Shown here piece by piece: positions 60,702 to 64,000 of a DNA stretch of 64,000 nucleotides. Made by a program: the position numbers and the translations under genes. The stretch covers positions 542 through 64,541 of the forward strand of contig CALUTM010000002.1 in the NCBI GenBank assembly GCA_944323705.1, in the 5' to 3' direction. Within the stretch, counting starts at the first letter, position 1, and each line of letters begins with the position of its first letter. Source of the DNA: Candidatus Gastranaerophilales bacterium (GTDB lineage: Bacteria; Cyanobacteriota; Vampirovibrionia; Gastranaerophilales; Gastranaerophilaceae). The notes beneath the pieces are model-generated. The model was not told where the DNA came from and ran no database searches. It saw nothing but the letters and a program-made list of their open reading frames with translations.

Positions 60702-62936
60702 TTATTCTCTTACCATAGAAATTAAAATTTCTTGAGGGATGTAAGTATTTTTAACCCCGGAATCAGTATTTGCCATAAAAAATTCTACCGACTCACCCTC
60801 CTTAATCCCTAATTTATCAAACGGAATACAAACATCAATAACATCATTATAGACAACATTAATCCCCTCGGGATTATCGAGCGTCCACATATTAGGATGC
60901 AGAACCGTCGTAAATCTTGGCGGATAAAAAGTGTCACGCAAAAGCGTCAGGGTCAATTCGTGCTCAAATTTTTCGAGCAAAACAGGATAAGGATTATCCG
61001 TTTTACTGATTAATCGTATAAACGCTCTATCGCTTATACGAGAAGCATTTCTCATATAAATATAAAATTGATTAATTCTGTCAACAAAACTTATCTCACC
61101 CGACCCTTTGTTGATATGTAGTCTAAAATAGATATTATCCTTATCACACCCGAAGTTTATCTTATCGACATTTTTATTTTCCCGATAAACAGGACCGTCG
61201 AGCATGCTTATTGAGCCGGAGTTGTACCAATCATCATAACTTTGTACCAAACCGTCCATTCTCGGCGTTATACTTCGTTTAGGATACTTAAACGGCATTT
61301 CTATAGTAGTAATCAAAGTTTTGTCCAAATAATCAGGATATTTCAAGCCCAAAATGACATATACATTCTTCAAACGCTCTCTGAACATGTAATCAAAAAC
61401 AAAATCCTGACCCGAATTATTAGGCTCTCCATACCACCAGAACCAGTCACTTCCTTCAGCAATTAAGATTTCACGCCTTGCGTATTTAATATTCTCATCA
61501 TCCTTATGAGTTTTTACGTATGCATCAAAATCATCTTTTGTTTGCTTTAAATAAGCCCAAGCCTTGTTTTTTTCTGACTCACCAATCCAATACTGAAAAG
61601 TTTTATCTATCCAAGAGCCGGAATATATTTTCTTCAAAGTTTTTTTATGCTTATCCGTCTCAATATAATCACTAATCAGAACCGTTTCCAAAGTCTCATC
61701 ATTTTCAATCATTGTATAAATATTGTCCAAAAAATCCCTTCCGTCATTTTGATAATTCTCCCAACAGTTTTCACAGTCGGACGCAATCGTCAAAAGATGT
61801 GTATCGTCAGGTGAGACAAGAAGTTTATTCTGAATCATCTTAATTTTTTCGTACAAATCACCCGCTGCCATATCAGAATTAACACCGGCATACTCAAAAT
61901 TAATAAGATTAGGAATAGAACGGTCTCTAAATATAATATCTATCGAAGAGTCCTTGGTTTCATAGTTATAAACCTTTAACAAATGATACGGATCATTCAA
62001 ATTCCCCTTAAAATCTCTGACAAATTCAAAATTAATCGAATCGGAAAGAATCCCCTCATCGGAAATAGTCCACTCTATCCCTTCCTTTGCAAGGTAATTC
62101 AAAGTTTTAGGTCCCAAGCACAGCTCAGGCGGCCATATTCCCTTGGGTCTTACGCCAAAGACTTCTTCTATCCTGTCCAAAGCACTTCTGATTTGGAATT
62201 TTGCGTCATCAGCCATGCCGAGTGCCTGCGGGAGTCCTTCCGTAGTAGATACCGATTTTATAGAGGTTTTTACGTCAAACAGAATCGGCAGAATGGCATG
62301 ATAATACGGACTTGTCGTTAATTCAATTCTTCCCGTTTGAATATATTTCTTATACGCAGGAATAATCTCTCTGATTATTTGTTTTTGTATACCGATAATT
62401 TCGATTCTGTCCTCTCGTGTATACCCGCTCTGCTTTGCCCATAATTCTTTGAGCCTCGGATATCTGTCATAATGAACGGAATCAATCCACACAAGATTAA
62501 ATAATGCCATCAAGTCAGAAAGTTCTTCCGCAGAAAAATCCTCTATATCAGCAACATCTTTTGCAAATCTTTTTTGATAAAGATTTCTGTAAGTTTCGCT
62601 TCTATAAATCATGGTCTCAAATTTGGAGCTGAAAAAATTATTTAATATAAAAGCCTTTTCTTCATCAGTCAGATTTTCGGTATCGGCAACAGAAAGCTCC
62701 GAGTGAATATCGTGATATCCGTTTTCGGTATAATCAATTATAGAATCCAAAAGAGCAGGCACAATATTAAAATTCAACTTCAATTTTGGAAACTTTTCCA
62801 AGACCAAAGCCATATCCAAATAGTCCTTCACCGCATGCAAACGCACCCAGGGCATAAGATATGTACCTTCAAGTTCATAGACCGGTTGATGCATGTGCCA
62901 ATAAATTGCGAGCGATAACTTTTTCTGCCTGTTCAT
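60702..62936 (-). CDS. Glycoside hydrolase family 57 protein
   Basis: WHMHQP, PYYHAILP, WPPE, DCENCWE, EGSDWFWW. Confidence 0.92.
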   Translation of the reverse strand: MNRQKKLSLAIYWHMHQPVYELEGTYLMPWVRLHAVKDYLDMALVLEKFPKLKLNFNIVPALLDSIIDYTENGYHDIHSELSVADTENLTDEEKAFILNNFFSSKFETMIYRSETYRNLYQKRFAKDVADIEDFSAEELSDLMALFNLVWIDSVHYDRYPRLKELWAKQSGYTREDRIEIIGIQKQIIREIIPAYKKYIQTGRIELTTSPYYHAILPILFDVKTSIKSVSTTEGLPQALGMADDAKFQIRSALDRIEEVFGVRPKGIWPPELCLGPKTLNYLAKEGIEWTISDEGILSDSINFEFVRDFKGNLNDPYHLLKVYNYETKDSSIDIIFRDRSIPNLINFEYAGVNSDMAAGDLYEKIKMIQNKLLVSPDDTHLLTIASDCENCWENYQNDGRDFLDNIYTMIENDETLETVLISDYIETDKHKKTLKKIYSGSWIDKTFQYWIGESEKNKAWAYLKQTKDDFDAYVKTHKDDENIKYARREILIAEGSDWFWWYGEPNNSGQDFVFDYMFRERLKNVYVILGLKYPDYLDKTLITTIEMPFKYPKRSITPRMDGLVQSYDDWYNSGSISMLDGPVYRENKNVDKINFGCDKDNIYFRLHINKGSGEISFVDRINQFYIYMRNASRISDRAFIRLISKTDNPYPVLLEKFEHELTLTLLRDTFYPPRFTTVLHPNMWTLDNPEGINVVYNDVIDVCIPFDKLGIKEGESVEFFMANTDSGVKNTYIPQEILISMVRE

Positions 62937-62964
62937 ACACTTAGAGTATACAGGAAAGTAATAT

Positions 62965-63627
62965 TTACATCAAGCCTTCACACAACACAAATCGTCCTAA
63001 AAGCTCCACCTCACAGTATTTTTTAAGCGAATCAACAAGACATTTATTTTCACAAAAACCGCCCGACAAATATATTTTTTCGGGTTTTTTACAAAAATTC
63101 CAGGCATTAAAAGCAATACCATGAACAAACTTTGATATTGCCTCCGCAGGACCTACACCCGCAGAAATGGAGTCCATAATCTTTTCCATCCCAAAAATCC
63201 CGCAGGTAACCGTAAATTTTTCCTCACTGAATTTCAACTCTTCCGCCCTGACTCCGTAGAATTTTAACAACATTTCAACCGTTGCACCCGTAGAGCTTGC
63301 ACAAGATGTATTCCAGTCCATATCCTGAAATTTACCATCTTTAAATCTTATCCACTTTGCATCACGGCTGCCCAAATCCAATATTGTAGCATTCTTATCG
63401 ACATTTCTTTTTTCGGCACCGCGTGCAAGAGCTATAATCTCGTTTTCGCTTGCATTTGACATGTGCCCGCAAGAACGGGTCGATACGATTGACTGTGATT
63501 TTATTATATTTGAGGGAAGTATGCTGTAATATCTGTTATTTTCACTATAAACCGTATACTTTCCGTCAAAAAGTTCCGTATCGCTTATTATTTTTGAATA
63601 AGTCGTCCCTGCATCCAAATAAAGCAT
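62965..63627 (-). CDS. BadF/BadG/BcrA/BcrD-type ATPase (CoA-dehydratase activator-like)
   Basis: LDAGTTYSK, LDLGSRDAK, NTSCASSTG, LSGG. Confidence 0.82.
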   Translation of the reverse strand: MLYLDAGTTYSKIISDTELFDGKYTVYSENNRYYSILPSNIIKSQSIVSTRSCGHMSNASENEIIALARGAEKRNVDKNATILDLGSRDAKWIRFKDGKFQDMDWNTSCASSTGATVEMLLKFYGVRAEELKFSEEKFTVTCGIFGMEKIMDSISAGVGPAEAISKFVHGIAFNAWNFCKKPEKIYLSGGFCENKCLVDSLKKYCEVELLGRFVLCEGLM

Positions 63628-63628
63628 A

Positions 63629-64000
63629 CTAAAATCTCATAAAATTCATCTTATGCTTTTCAAGATATGTTTTCAAATCGCGTTTAATTTCGGGACACAA
63701 TATGTAAAGAACAATGATATTCGGAACACACAATGCAATCATCATTGCATCCGTAATATCGATTACCGATTTTACGTTCATCGCAGACCCGATAATTATA
63801 AACAGACAGTATATTAAATTGAAAGCAAGAACACGTTTTTTACCTTCTCCGAACAAGAATGTCCAAGCTTTTTGACCGTAGTATGCCCAGGAGATTAAAG
63901 TCGAAAGAGCAAACATAATGGCAATTGCCGAAAGTATAATCGGGAAGAACGGAATGACCGATTGAAAAGCGTTAGATGCAAGTTCAATACCCGAGATTTC
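63629..64000 (-). CDS. Alanine/glycine:cation symporter (AgcS/AlsT family), C-terminal part
   Basis: FALSTLISWAYYG, IIIGS, D.MM..L..PN; the frame stays open to the window end. Confidence 0.9.
   Translation of the reverse strand, partial: EISGIELASNAFQSVIPFFPIILSAIAIMFALSTLISWAYYGQKAWTFLFGEGKKRVLAFNLIYCLFIIIGSAMNVKSVIDITDAMMIALCVPNIIVLYILCPEIKRDLKTYLEKHKMNFMRF

Overview
64 kb of low-GC bacterial chromosome, mostly housekeeping genes (accC-accB-efp, recN, thyX, lepA, gyrB, metG, recG, typA, folC, dnaN). Cyanobacterial-type RecG and NblS/Hik33-like proteins, a flagellar cap gene (fliD) and no photosynthesis genes suggest a Vampirovibrionia (Melainabacteria) genome, probably Gastranaerophilales; this is an inference. 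Accessory content: two glycan-modification loci (16-20 kb, 34-40 kb) in which all eight enzymes carry a related appended Rossmann-like module; a cassette after tRNA-Ile2 encoding an alpha/beta hydrolase, an HNH-like nuclease, a calpain-like Cys protease and a GNAT; a stand-alone MmeI-family Type IIL restriction-modification gene; and a HigBA-like toxin-antitoxin pair. Best leads: (1) a shared N-terminal [IV]-[SNT]-[FY]-x-[GS] leader on unrelated orphan proteins that also matches the FliD N-terminus (possible flagellar-type export signal); (2) the common module on the glycan enzymes; (3) a family of palindromic GTCA...TGAC repeats forming two intergenic mosaics, with a related element inserted in-frame in the RM gene; (4) a GGGGTAAAT motif recurring intergenically and as an in-frame tandem expansion. 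Also found: two tRNAs, two small ORFs missed by the track, an in-frame TGA in the toxin gene and a frameshift in a DUF1643 gene. All protein family calls come from motif recognition by eye; no database searches were run.
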